Position numbers and translations under genes: made by a program. DNA of 63,263 nucleotides, filler included, from Octopus bimaculoides (taxonomy: Eukaryota), in the NCBI RefSeq assembly GCF_001194135.2. It is 5 parts of 5 records of this genome, joined end to end, with 100 filler letters (N's around TTAATTAATTAA, not from the genome) between each part and the next. Parts side by side here need not be neighbours in the genome. Positions count along the whole stretch, not along the records: positions 1 to 26,649 come from NC_068996.1; 4 more parts are not named here. The stretch is one strand, 5' to 3'. A model generated the notes under the pieces. The model did no database searches, was not told the DNA's origin, and saw nothing but the letters and a program-made list of their open reading frames with translations. This document shows positions 12,446 to 24,015 of the stretch, piece by piece. Within the stretch, counting starts at the first letter, position 1, and every line of letters starts with the position of its first letter.

Positions 12446-12960
12446 AGACATGTCAATACCAAAGATGTCCTTTCTTTGTTAGCTTTCTCCTGTTTCTAAG
12501 TAAGATCAAACAACATTGCTCATTTACAACAAACAGTGGTGGTTCATCTGTGATGTAGAGCATGTGCTCTACATCTTAGAGAGTGCTTCTTCTCCGGATC
12601 TAAGTTTTATACAAACAATTCTTTTCACTCCCTGGCCAAAATTTTCCACCGAGACTACGTGGTTTCTGTTAAATAGCCGACCAGGGCCGCACTTCTACAT
12701 ATTTTACGGAACCCATGGGTCTCTCATAAATATGGAAGAATTTTACCTCGGATACGGCACCAAAAACATCCCCTACGTCATCCAACGAACTATACACCTG
12801 CATGCTGCTGGAAAAGATAATGGACGTGATTAGGCATATGAGGTGGAATACCTTTCACTACGACCTAGCCACACTGTCACTGGAGGGTAACAACTATGGC
12901 ATTAGATCAAGAAAACACCCACCCATGTCAGCCCCATTAAAATATATGTATGTATGTATA

Positions 12961-14127
12961 CCGTATATACTCAAGTAATAGTCGATCTAATGTAAAAGTC
13001 GATACCCTATTTTTGGCCAAAATATTTAGAAATTTTCCATAGACCCCGTATAAAAGTTGAACCTAGTATTTCACGAACAACGGGACAATATTTGTGGGTC
13101 AAGGTATCGTATTATACTGTACATAGAAATAACATTGTTACAAAATTGCGAGGCTACCTTATTGTAGCCTGGTCTATAGAGGGAATGCTTGATGCTCATA
13201 ATGGAATGTCGTAGTAAAACACTGTTTAATATCTAGCACTACACGTTTGTTGATGGGTGTTACATCACCATTACCAAAATGTATGCACAGGATATGCTGC
13301 AAGCTTGCATACATCTTCAAGCACAATAAACACATGCGTTATACACTCGTTGTTTACATGGCGAGAAACGTGTTTCACAGACAGCACTATTGGCGAATAC
13401 TGGCAAACGCCACTGTCTGAAAACATTCAATTAATCGGTATATCAGTGGTTCCCACGCGACCTTTATATTTTCTTTATCTCCGTTTACAATAAACACATG
13501 CGTCATACACTCGTCTGTTTACATGGTGAGAAACGTGTTTCACAAACAGCACTATCAGTGAACAACAGCAAACACCACAATATAAATTCGAGAGGCATGA
13601 CTTCGGTAAACCTAAAAACATTTAATTAATCGCTAGATCAGTGATTCCCAAACTTTTTTTTTTTTTTTGCCGCGGAATCCTTCGACATTATTTTGAAAAA
13701 TGTGGAGCCCCTGATAACTCTCAGGGAGCCCTGGGGTTTTGCAGAAAACACTGGGAATCCCTGCTCCAGAGTAACAACTTTACACCATATTATGAACATT
13801 TACAGACAACTGCACATGACACCCTGCAACCATTTTTTTAAAAGAGAAAGTGTAAATATTTGTAAGTGCTACTCGGTCTTGTTTATGGGTTTTGTTATTT
13901 ATCAGGACGTGTGTTTTGATGCATAGAATTGGTAATATTACTGTAATTCATTGTGTTTTTGTTATTATTCGCTTAGAGATCAGTTGGGTTTCTACTGCTG
14001 ATACGGTACTTCGGATTCTAGCTTGAATTTCAGCCCCTCAAAAGTAGTATCCAAGGAATAGTCGAGCACATAAATTTGACCTTAAAAAATGGTCTCAAAA
14101 ATTTGACTTTTCCACAAGTATATACAG
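12961..14127. mobile_element. Non-autonomous pogo/Tigger-like (Tc1-mariner superfamily) MITE
   Basis: TA|ccgtatatactcaagtaatagtcga at the left end, ttgacttttccacaagtatatacag|TA at the right end: imperfect TIRs with TA flanks. Confidence 0.7.
13639..13763. mobile_element. Short hAT/Charlie-like MITE nested in the pogo-like MITE
   Basis: TIRs cagtgattccca...tgggaatccctg; 8-bp flanks cgctagat / ctccagag resemble a decayed NTCTAGAN target site. Confidence 0.55.
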
Positions 14128-14309
14128 TATATATATTTTGTTTTATCTTTTACTTGTTTCAGTCATAACACTGTGACCATGCTGGGGCTGAAAAGACAGA
14201 GGTGGTTGATAGTTACAAGCTGATAGCTGCAGAATGTTAATGATAATAATAATAAGATGATAATGATGTTGATAATGTTGATGATGATAAATATGGATAG
14301 AGAAGTTGT

Positions 14310-14471
14310 ACCTGAAAAAATTGACTGTGTTATTGGGAAGGAGTGGGTCTAGTAATTAGCGTATGGCCCGAAGGGAAGCAAGAGAGATGGGTGAATGAGG
14401 AGTGCTTGAGTGATGGTGGCATCAGACCAGCCAGCTCTGAGGAGAGGAGGCAATTGCAGTTGTAGCAACAA

Positions 14472-14510
<39 letters not shown>

Positions 14511-15060
14511 GAGAGAATTAGCAACCTCAGTGGAATCAGAGACATGAGTGTGTTGATGAGCAGCTTCATGTCACTCAGTTGATTGGTATCTCTTTGGATG
14601 TGCTCTAAGAAATTTGTTGGTGTGGCTGTAGAGTCACTCCTAAATATGGGTACAATACTCCATTGTGGGTCTGACCTCAGCTTTGCAGGAGGTTAGTTAT
14701 TATGGGAAAGCTGAAGTACGTTCTAACCTTGAAGAAGGAGACCAGTTCTTGTTTTAATGAGGATGTTCATTCACCAGGAGAGATCCTTAGTGACATTGAA
14801 GCCTGGCATTAGTAAACAACCTTGATGATTCTAGTTAGTAGTGCACTGTTTATGTATAGAATGGATATTGTTTTCTTGCTTATGAGAGTTGATTGTACCC
14901 TTTGTGTTGTTGAAGAAGACAAGGTTGCGTGCGCTCACTGGAAGATGATTTTTAATGTCTGTTCATGGAGTCAATGTAAGTTTAATTCAATATCAACAGC
15001 ATGCTTTGGTATGGAAGTTCAAGGAGGAATAAAGGGAGGCATATATACTATATCAAATGC
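14310..15060 (-). pseudogene. CR1-like LINE, RT C-terminal region, degraded, interrupted by (GA)n
   Basis: Across frameshifts the minus strand gives segments resembling FQW-ARNLVFFN, kDLSW, AEVRPTMEYCTHI and LSSELAGLMPP, typical of CR1-clade RT C-termini. Confidence 0.6.
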
Positions 15061-15701
15061 ACTTTTACATAAAATGCACCTCTATTTTACAAAGAAATTT
15101 TATGGATAAAAAAAATGGAACAAACTTGATATGTTTCACATTACAATTTTTGAAAGATATCTTGAAGTGGTTTTGTGGAGGAGAGGAAGAAAATGTATGA
15201 TTCTGTGCATGTAAATACAATATTTTGACAGCATAATGGAATAAAGTAAAAAACAATAAATTTATCGTAAACTACATTGTAGGAGTAACATATTTCAACT
15301 TATTTTCTTTCAGATCTACAGCTTAGTTTTTAATATTTTGGTTAAGAGAATTTGCCATACAGAGTGGGTGTAAAAATATTTCTGGTTGTGATGTTTTGTG
15401 TAACTGTGATCAGTCACCAGGGTGGCACACCCTACTGTTATCCACGCATTACAAATAACTGACAGGCAGATGAAAGTTTGTTACCATTCCATTCATTTTC
15501 ATGATGATAATAATAATGATGATGATAATGACAATTATAAAATGTTTCTTAAAAGTAACATAGCTATTAAATAGTTTAAGACACATATCAAGTATGGGTT
15601 TATGTGCTGACAAACTAGGTATAATGAAATGATGTGGCCTCCACACGTAACTGCTGATATACCATATGTAATTTTTCAATGTTTTAGTGCTAGTAAGAAT
15701 T

Positions 15702-15914
15702 AAGACGGTGATTGACAGAGTTGTTAGCATGCTGGGTAAAATGCTTAGTGGCATTTTGTCTATCTTCATGTTCTGAGTTCAAATTCTGCTAAGGTTGACT
15801 TTGGCTTTTATCCTTTTGAGGTCGATAAAATAAGTATCAGTTATGCACTGGAGCTGATTTAATTGATTTAGAATCTCCCCTGAAATTGCTGGCCTTGTGT
15901 CAGAATTTGAAATC
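15702..15914 (+). mobile_element. SINE family C
   Basis: gttagcatgctgggtaaaatgcttag...gttctgagttcaaattctgc...gaggtcgataaaataagtatcag...ggccttgtgtcagaatttgaa. Confidence 0.75.
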
Positions 15915-16006
15915 AGTATTTGTAAGAATTATTGTACCTAACAGACTTATGCTCATCCATTGCCCTAGTTAACAGCACTCAGTCTTTCATCCACAATATG
16001 ATTACA

Positions 16007-16220
16007 TTAAGTGCAGGGTAATTTTTTGATATATTTAAAAATATAAAAGCATCTTATACACTGGTGAACACTGTGCATAGAGGAGTAATCTTTATTGTAG
16101 GTGATGGCAAGCATGTCATTGACATATAGGCTAAAAGAGAATAGCGTGACAAAATCAAACTTTGAAGTGCACCAAAGTTGAGTTGGTAGCCTGTGGATCA
16201 GAGGGAGCACTATCAGTACA
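16007..16220 (-). pseudogene. Possible degraded RT fragment, same orientation as the CR1-like remnant
   Basis: SKFDFVTLFSFSLYVNDMLAITYNK resembles QGSxLSPxLFSLYINDLLxIT. Confidence 0.3.
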
Positions 16221-16759
16221 TGTACATGCATTAATGGTATGATCAGACAGGAAGCTACTGATCCTGATCCAAGACATAGGAAACTCATAGTTGAGTAGCT
16301 TTGTTGGGAGATTCATATTCCAGACATTGTGAAATGTTTTGATGAAGTCAAGTGTAAAATTGAACTAGAGGAACAGATTACAGCTCAAATGATTTGAGAG
16401 ATATCATATACAATTTGTCTAATTCATTTGATTAACAACAGAGGAAAGAGCAAAAAACGGTTGGGCGATGAATCAGCATTATATAAAGTTCCGGTAAGAG
16501 TTCCTAAATGTATTAGTAACAATGAGTTTAGACAAACAGACGCAGAAAGCAGAAGATTAAGATAATCAGTCAGCCTGTTAAGATACAAAGAATTGTTTTT
16601 ATATCATATTATCTGTAGAGTAGAAAACTAAATTGTACCAACTCATAGAAGATCATTTTGGTGACTGTTTCTAAGATTAAATGGAATAGCTTTAGAAAAA
16701 CTGCTAGAAAAATGCTTAATTTTCAATCTCAAAAATTTTATATATATATGTAGTGAAAC

Positions 16760-17031
16760 TACCTACCGCCATTAGATACAAAACTGCTATCGCCATTCTT
16801 CTCATTTAAATATAAACAAACGCGAACGTAGGGGAAAACACCAGCCTTGTCATCACGTAACTGATTATTATTTGAAGCGGCAAATTCTTCGAACCTTTCC
16901 CGCCAGAACGCAAACTGACCAATCACAGCCCTTAATAAGGTCACATGATAGTGTTTTTGTGCTACCGTCTGGGAGCCCCCTTAACGCTATAAATAGATCA
17001 ACTCATACCCCACAAATTTGTCTCGGTCCAG
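16760..17031. promoter_or_regulatory. CpG-rich promoter-like island
   Basis: Locally high CpG; two CGCCATT (YY1-like) sites at 16767 and 16791; TTTGAA (CHR-like) 16871; E2F-like GCGGCAAA 16877 and TTTCCCGCC 16896; CCAAT 16919; GTCACATGA 16940. Confidence 0.55.
16767..16796 (-). CDS. Candidate first coding exon (MAIAVLYLMA, or just MA) of an unidentified gene
   Basis: ATG GCG ... ATG GCG followed directly by the donor GTAGGT (16766-16761), inside the promoter-like island; no downstream exons identified. Confidence 0.3.
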
Positions 17032-17760
17032 NNNNNNNNNNNNNNNNNNNNNNNNNNNNNNNNNNNNNNNNNNNNNNNNNNNNNNNNNNNNNNNNNNNNN
17101 NNNNNNNNNNNNNNNNNNNNNNNNNNNNNNNNNNNNNNNNNNNNNNNNNNNNNNNNNNNNNNNNNNNNNNNNNNNNNNNNNNNNNNNNNNNNNNNNNNNN
17201 NNNNNNNNNNNNNNNNNNNNNNNNNNNNNNNNNNNNNNNNNNNNNNNNNNNNNNNNNNNNNNNNNNNNNNNNNNNNNNNNNNNNNNNNNNNNNNNNNNNN
17301 NNNNNNNNNNNNNNNNNNNNNNNNNNNNNNNNNNNNNNNNNNNNNNNNNNNNNNNNNNNNNNNNNNNNNNNNNNNNNNNNNNNNNNNNNNNNNNNNNNNG
17401 TTATTGACTCTCTTTCTCTCTGCTGTAATAACATACACACACATGTATCACTCACATACATACTTTTCTTTGTACGACGGTCTGTCTTTGATTATGTTCT
17501 TATATGTCGCATTCACACTCTCACACAGACATACATCTTTAACGCCATAATAAATATTTCTGTTATTCATCTAATACGGTTGTGGTATTTCATTACTGGT
17601 CATCTATGTTATCGTCGCATAACATATTAAGCATATCATCATTGATATATAATATTGTGTGTTCGACCGTGTGACACGTTTAAATAAAAGGAGTCCTCTG
17701 TTTTACCATTCGTCACCATTTCTCCTTTTTGAGTTTGCACGGTCGTCCCTTACATATATA

Positions 17761-18565
17761 TCGTATATTTCGGTGTATAAGGCGACCTACAGATGAAACA
17801 ACCCAAAAATCTAAGTACATGTTCATGACTTTTAACTAATATCTGAGGTATAAGACGACCTTTAAAATACGAAACTCGCCCAAGTTTAAGGATAGCCTAA
17901 ACAACAGTGTAAAAGTTAGCATACCATATAAAATACTGGATATTAATTAAAGACGATGTTATTAGAAATGTTATTTTACTTACCGTATCCTTGAAAGTTA
18001 AGACATGAAACAATATCTAGTATTAACATAAATTTGTATAAGATGATGAAATAGATTCTTTCTTTAATGTTGTCGATCGTAACAACGTAAACAAAGGCGT
18101 ATTCATGCCTCTGTTCAGATGATGATGATTGCAGCAATTTTGAAGGATTTAATGTTTGAAACATCTAAATAACAATGTATATGTGGTATGTTTAATTTTT
18201 TTGGTATCATTTTTATCAAAATTGATAATCTTAGTGAAACATGTTTTGTAATACTTTGTATTAAAATTCGTAATCTTAGTGAGAAATAAAAAGTTTTCTG
18301 TGGATTGTAGGTTTTTAGGTAATGGCAGTTCTATTACATTGTTAGTGTCATATATTAATGTGAATTGTTTTAAATACAAGTCCTTACATCGGTAGTTACT
18401 GCACAGAAGCTGTCGTTATTGTTAAATTAAGGTTAGGCCTGGTTTTCTGTACAAATACACTACAAGATGTAAAGTTCGCCTTTTGTTGCTGTTATATAAG
18501 ATGATCCTCAATTTGGATGTGATTTTTGGGATCTAAAACGTTGTCTTATACACTGAAATATACGG
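17761..18565. mobile_element. Second pogo/Tigger-like MITE
   Basis: TA|tcgtatatttcggtgtataaggcgac ... gtcttatacactgaaatatacgg|TA. Confidence 0.7.
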
Positions 18566-18585
18566 TATATATATACATATATATA

Positions 18586-19503
18586 TTGAGTCATCCCATA
18601 AATAATGCAGTTTTTTATACTACTTTTACTTTTCAAAATTAAGATAAACAAAGTTCTTTTTTAATTCAAAATATACACTCCTTCATTTTCTACAATGCTC
18701 TTCCATCTATCTGGTAGACTTGTAAGGCCCCTCTTCCAAATTTCACTTGTCTGTGATGAAAAATACTCCTCCAGTACTGTTCTGACTTCGTCTACACAAT
18801 TCCTATTTTTCCCGTCCAAATGATTTTGAAGACTGTGGAATAAATGATAATCAGATGGGGGAAATGTTCAGCGAATATGATGAATGGAGCATCGTTTCCC
18901 ATTCAAACTGCTCCAGCCTTTGGAATTTCATCCTCACTGTATTTTGCTGAGCATTATTCTGATGGAAGAACACCTTCCGTCTTGAATCCAAAGATGGTCA
19001 TTTTGCGATGGCACACAAGTGTCAATGAATGGTTGAATGACCGAATCCAAGCTTCTCTGCTAGTTCCTCAAAAGTTACGATGGGATTTTGTTCTACGAAG
19101 GTTTGTAGGACATCCTTGTCAAGCTCTACAGATCTTCCAGGACAAGGCTTGTCTTCTAGGCAGTAGTTTCCTGCTCAGAATTTCTGAAACCACCGTTTGA
19201 CACTGGCTTATACTTATTGTCTGATCCCCATTGATATTCCTTGCACTTTCCATTGCATTGTTGCCTTTATTGAATTCATAAAGCAAAATATGCCAAATAT
19301 CCTCCTTTGTATCTTCCATTACAGCTTTGAAAAAATAACTGTTAAAATCGAACTGCAGTCTTCAGAACTTGCATTAAGAATAAGGACAAAGTAAAATTAC
19401 TACCTGCATTTATAGCAAGTTGATGCAGGTAGTGTATTCCGTCCCCTTCCAACTTTTAGTTCATGCAATTGACAAAAATTGCATTATTTATGGGATGAGC
19501 CAA
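18586..19503 (-). mobile_element. Mariner element with both TIRs and an internally deleted transposase
   Basis: TIRs ttgagtcatcccataaataatgcagttttt / aaaaattgcattatttatgggatgagccaa with TA flanks; HTH N-terminus HILLYEFNKGNNA; C-terminal FFHQNNA, SPSDYHLF, LPDRWKSIVENEGVYI; the WVPH-to-first-Asp region is missing. Confidence 0.9.
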
Positions 19504-19804
19504 TATATATATATATATATATATACATACACACATGTGTGTGGGTGTATGTGTGTGTGTGTGTGTCTATCTATATTTCTATATCTATATATAGATATCC
19601 ATCTATCTATCTGTCTATATGTATGTCTGTCTGTATGCATCTATGTACATAAGTATGAACGTACATATATATGTATGTATGTATGTATATTTATATACAT
19701 ATATATAAATACATATCAAGCCATGTATTCAACCTCTTCTGCAAAACACCTGCTCTTCTCCCTCTATTATAATTGCTTATTTCTCCTGTCTATTCTCTGC
19801 TCGG

Positions 19805-20060
19805 TTGAGGGTCAGATCTTACAGGTACATGGTGACCTCAGTGGTGCTGGTGCCATGTAAAAAGCACCCAGTACACTCTGTTGAATTGCTGGCCTTAGGA
19901 AGAGCATCCCAGCTGCAGAAACCATGCCAAAGCAGACAGAGTATCTGATGGAACCCTCAAGCTCTGTGTTCTTGTCAATCTGTTCAATCTATGCCAGTAC
20001 TGAAAGAAGATTTTAAAGGATGATGATGATGATCATCATCATCATCATCATCATCATCAT
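19805..20060 (+). mobile_element. Old RTE-type 3' UTR with (GAT)n tail
   Basis: gtgccatgtaaaaagcacccagtacactctg...aggaagagcatcccagctgcagaaaccatgcc...gatgatgat. Confidence 0.6.
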
Positions 20061-20329
20061 AATGTTGATGTTGATGATACATATATGTGTGTGTGTGTGT
20101 ATATATATATAAGTGCATATATATTTATACATATATGTGTATATATACACACACACACACACATACACATATATATATACATATACATATATGTATTTAT
20201 ATATATATATAGATTCAAGGTGAATATGGTACTTAAGTTTAGGCACCAGAAATAAGTATGGTATTATCCATACAATTCCAAAATAAGGTGATTAAAATCA
20301 AAATAAACAACAAGGATATCCAAAGTTAA

Positions 20330-20417
20330 TGCAGTACGATCGTTTCATGCGACTCCATTTATTTAAGCAATGTGAACATTACATCAAATGTAATATGCTG
20401 AGCAATCCTCAGCTGCA
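20330..20417 (-). ncRNA. Type-I hammerhead ribozyme with extended stem II
   Basis: Minus strand reads tgcag CTGAGGA ttgc...gcat GAAAC gatc GTA ctgca: 5-bp stem I, palindromic loop gatc, internal hairpin attaca-tttga-tgtaat. An inverted partner begins near 20542 and runs into the gap. Confidence 0.7.
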
Positions 20418-21000
20418 CAAAGATATAGAAATTTACTGAAATTTCGTTTCAACAGAAGGACATATTTTTGTAACTACATTTAAACTCTTCAAGTAGAAAG
20501 GAAGTATGCAAAAAAACATTTTGACTTAGCCAGACCATACAGGCTGAGGATTGCTCTGCATTTTACATTTGATGTNNNNNNNNNNNNNNNNNNNNNNNNN
20601 NNNNNNNNNNNNNNNNNNNNNNNNNNNNNNNNNNNNNNNNNNNNNNNNNNNNNNNNNNNNNNNNNNNNNNNNNNNNNNNNNNNNNNNNNNNNNNNNNNNN
20701 NNNNNNNNNNNNNNNNNNNNNNNNNNNNNNNNNNNNNNNNNNNNNNNNNNNNNNNNNNNNNNNNNNNNNNNNNNNNNNNNNNNNNNNNNNNNNNNNNNNN
20801 NNNNNNNNNNNNNNNNNNNNNNNNNNNNNNNNNNNNNNNNNNNNNNNNNNNNNNNNNNNNNNNNNNNNNNNNNNNNNNNNNNNNNNNNNNNNNNNNNNNN
20901 NNNNNNNNNNNNNNNNNNNNNNNNNNNNNNNNNNNNNNNNNNNNNNNNNNNNNNNNNNNNNNNNNNNNNNNNNNNNNNNNNNNNNNNNNNNNNNNNNNNN

Positions 21001-22015
21001 NATGCTCCGATGGATGAGTAATGTCAGAGTGCATACTCGACAGAGTGTAAGTACCTTGAGAGAAAAGTTGAACTTAAGAAGTATCAGTTGTGGTGTGCAA
21101 GAGAGATGATTGCACTGGTATGGTCATGTGGTGAGAATGGATGATGATAGCTGCGTGAAAAAGTGCCACACCCTAGCAGTTGAAGGAACCTGTGGAAGAG
21201 GTAGGCCCAGGAAGACCTGGGATGAGATGGTGAGGCAAGACCTTCGAACATTAGGCCTCACCAAGGCAATGACTTCTGACCGAGACCTTTGGAAATATGC
21301 TGTGCGTGAGAAGACCCGGCAAGCCAAGTGAGACCATAATCCGAGGCCTCTGCCAGGTGTGTAGCCAGCCCACTTATGTGTATCTTTCCTTCTTTGGACA
21401 CTAAACTCTGCTTGTGAGGACCTATTGAGGCAAGTGAAATCGAAATCGAACCAAATTTAATGACTGGCACCCATGCCAACCTCTCCTTCATTGGACACTA
21501 AACTTGGCTTGCGAAGACCTGTTGGGGCAAGCGAAAGCAAAATCATGATGGCACCTGTACAAGTGGAGTGCTAAGAGCACCGTCCGAGCATGATCATTGT
21601 CAGAGCAGCTGTCTGGCTTTTGTGCCAGTGACACATAAATAGCACCATTTGAGTGTGATCATTATCAGCGTCGCCTCACTAGCACTTGTGCCGGTGGCAC
21701 GTGAAAAAACATTCGACAAGGTTGTTACCAGTGCCACTGGACTGGCTCCTGTGGAGGTGGCATGTAAAATACACCATTTTGAGCATGGCCGTTGCCAGTA
21801 CCGCCTGACTGGCCTTCGTGCCGGTGGCACGTAAAAGCACCCACTACACTCTCAGAGTGGTTGGCGTTAGGAAGGGCATCCAGCTGTAGAAACTCTGCCA
21901 AATTTAGATTGGAGCCTGGTGTTGCCATCAGGTTTCACCAGTCCTCAGTCAAATCATCCAACCCATGCTAGCATGGAAGGCAGACGTTAAACGATGATGA
22001 TGATGATGATGATGA
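21001..22015 (+). mobile_element. RTE LINE 3' portion (RT C-terminus, long 3' UTR, (GAT)n tail)
   Basis: WYGHVVRMDDDSCVKKC...GRGRPRKTWDEMVRQDLRTLGL...DRDLWKYAV; stop at 21329-21331; tail 21992-22014. Confidence 0.9.
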
Positions 22016-22104
22016 CACACACACATATATATATACATATATATGTGTGTGTGTATTTATATATATATATATNNNNNNNNNNTATATATATTAAGCAATT
22101 GCTA

Positions 22105-22366
22105 GAGAAGACAGAGTGTAATGTAAGCTTTATTTGGCATGATGATTGTTTCAGCTGATATCTGTGCTGCTCCCTGGTGGGTGGGGAATGATGTAATGGA
22201 ATCAAATGCATCCCACAGTGCAGAAGGTTATATAATATGTTGCAGTGTTTCTTCTGCGCTGTTGGGTGCATTTGATTCCATTATATTGATCCCTTCCCAC
22301 AAGGGAGCAGCGTAAGCTGAAACGATTGTCGTGTTGAATAAAGCTTACAGTACACTCTGTCTTCCC
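22105..22366. mobile_element. PLE-type foldback, ~120-bp arms, decayed HHR in each arm
   Basis: Arms 22105-22226 and 22251-22366 are reverse complements; the right arm keeps gcagc-gtaa-gct GAAAC gatt GTC gtg. Confidence 0.7.
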
Positions 22367-22616
22367 TGTCAATTATTCAAAATATACTAAATGTGTTCCA
22401 AGGAATTCCTTGCGTAGAGCCTGAGACTAAAGTGAAGTAACACAGATGATGGCTGGTAGCTGAGTGTGGTGCATGTGCTCTCAAGGCACACTACAAGAGA
22501 CATACTCAAAACAAGGTTTGGATACTACATTTTAAAGTCTCCTATCTAAACTTTAATTTTAAATGTAACCTATATATACACATATGTGTGTGTGTGTATA
22601 CATATACATACATACA

Positions 22617-22652
<36 letters not shown>

Positions 22653-23056
22653 TNNNNNNNNNNNNNNNNNNNNNNNNNNNNNNNNNNNNNNNNNNNNNNN
22701 NNNNNNNNNNNNNNNNNNNNNNNNNNNNNNNNNNNNNNNNNNNNNNNNNNNNNNNNNNNNNNNNNNNNNNNNNNNNNNNNNNNNNNNNNNNNNNNNNNNN
22801 NNNNNNNNNNNNNNNNNNNNNNNNNNNNNNNNNNNNNNNNNNNNNNNNNNNNNNNNNNNNNNNNNNNNNNNNNNNNNNNNNNNNNNNNNNNNNNNNNNNN
22901 NNNNNNNNNNNNNNNNNNNNNNNNNNNNNNNNNNNNNNNNNNNNNNNNNNNNNNNNNNNNNNNNNNNNNNNNNNNNNNNNNNNNNNNNNNNNNNNNNNNN
23001 NNNNNNNNNNNNNNNNNNNNNNNNNNNNGTATGTATATATATGCACCTACATCCAA

Positions 23057-23089
<33 letters not shown>

Positions 23090-23174
23090 TAGATAGATAG
23101 ATAGATAGATCATCGTCATCATCATCAACATTGGTTAACGTCCACCTACCATGCTGGTATAGGTGGGACAGTTT

Positions 23175-23210
<36 letters not shown>

Positions 23211-23579
23211 TCAGGAATGAAACAGGCGCACTACTGCAAAGGAAATACATGGTTACCCAACCTGAGAGAAGTGCAGGAGGAGAGAGAGAGAGAGTGGGAG
23301 ACAGCAGGATAAAATGGTGGCAAAGTGCTGGGTATATGCAATGATACAGTGAAACAGGGCATGGGTGGAACACACAGGTTAGAAGTTAGCAGAGACCAAT
23401 GATACAGTGTCATAGGGCCAAGAGGACAGGATTGGGGAGTGGGAGGTAAGCCTAGTGCATGAAGTGGAAATGTGAGGAAGAGAAGAGATGTAGAGCTGTA
23501 GTTTGGTTTGTTGTAGTAGAGAGTGTGAGAATTTTTATTGTTAATTGCGGGTGGGATGCACAGTGCTTCTAGAAATCAG

Positions 23580-24000
23580 TTTCACTGATGTGGGCAGATC
23601 TTCTCAAGAACTTCATATCACCAGACATCTCGGTCCATTGTCATTTCCTTCGTGAGGCCCAACTTCCTGAGATCTGTCCTTACCACTTCATCCCATGTCT
23701 TCCTAGATCTCCCTCTTCTGTGGGTACCATCTACTTTCAGTGATCAGCACTTCTTTATGCGGCTGTCCTCATTCATTTACATGACATGTACAAACCAATG
23801 TAGTCTTCTCTCTTGAATGCTACATTTGATTCCTCTTATGCCTAACTTTTCTCTCAATACATTTGCACTTTGTCATACATGCACACTGATTTTGCACATC
23901 CAATGGAGCATGTTACCTTCATTTATCTCTAGTCTATACATGTCATCTGCATTCAGAGCCCATGTCTCACTACCATGGAGTATTGCTATTTGTCTACATT
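23580..24000 (-). mobile_element. Older RTE LINE RT C-terminal fragment
   Basis: ILHGSETWALNADDMYRLE...ERRLHWF...RGRSRKTWDEVVRTDLRKLGL, with in-frame stops. Confidence 0.85.
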
Positions 24001-24015
24001 CAGAGCATATATATA

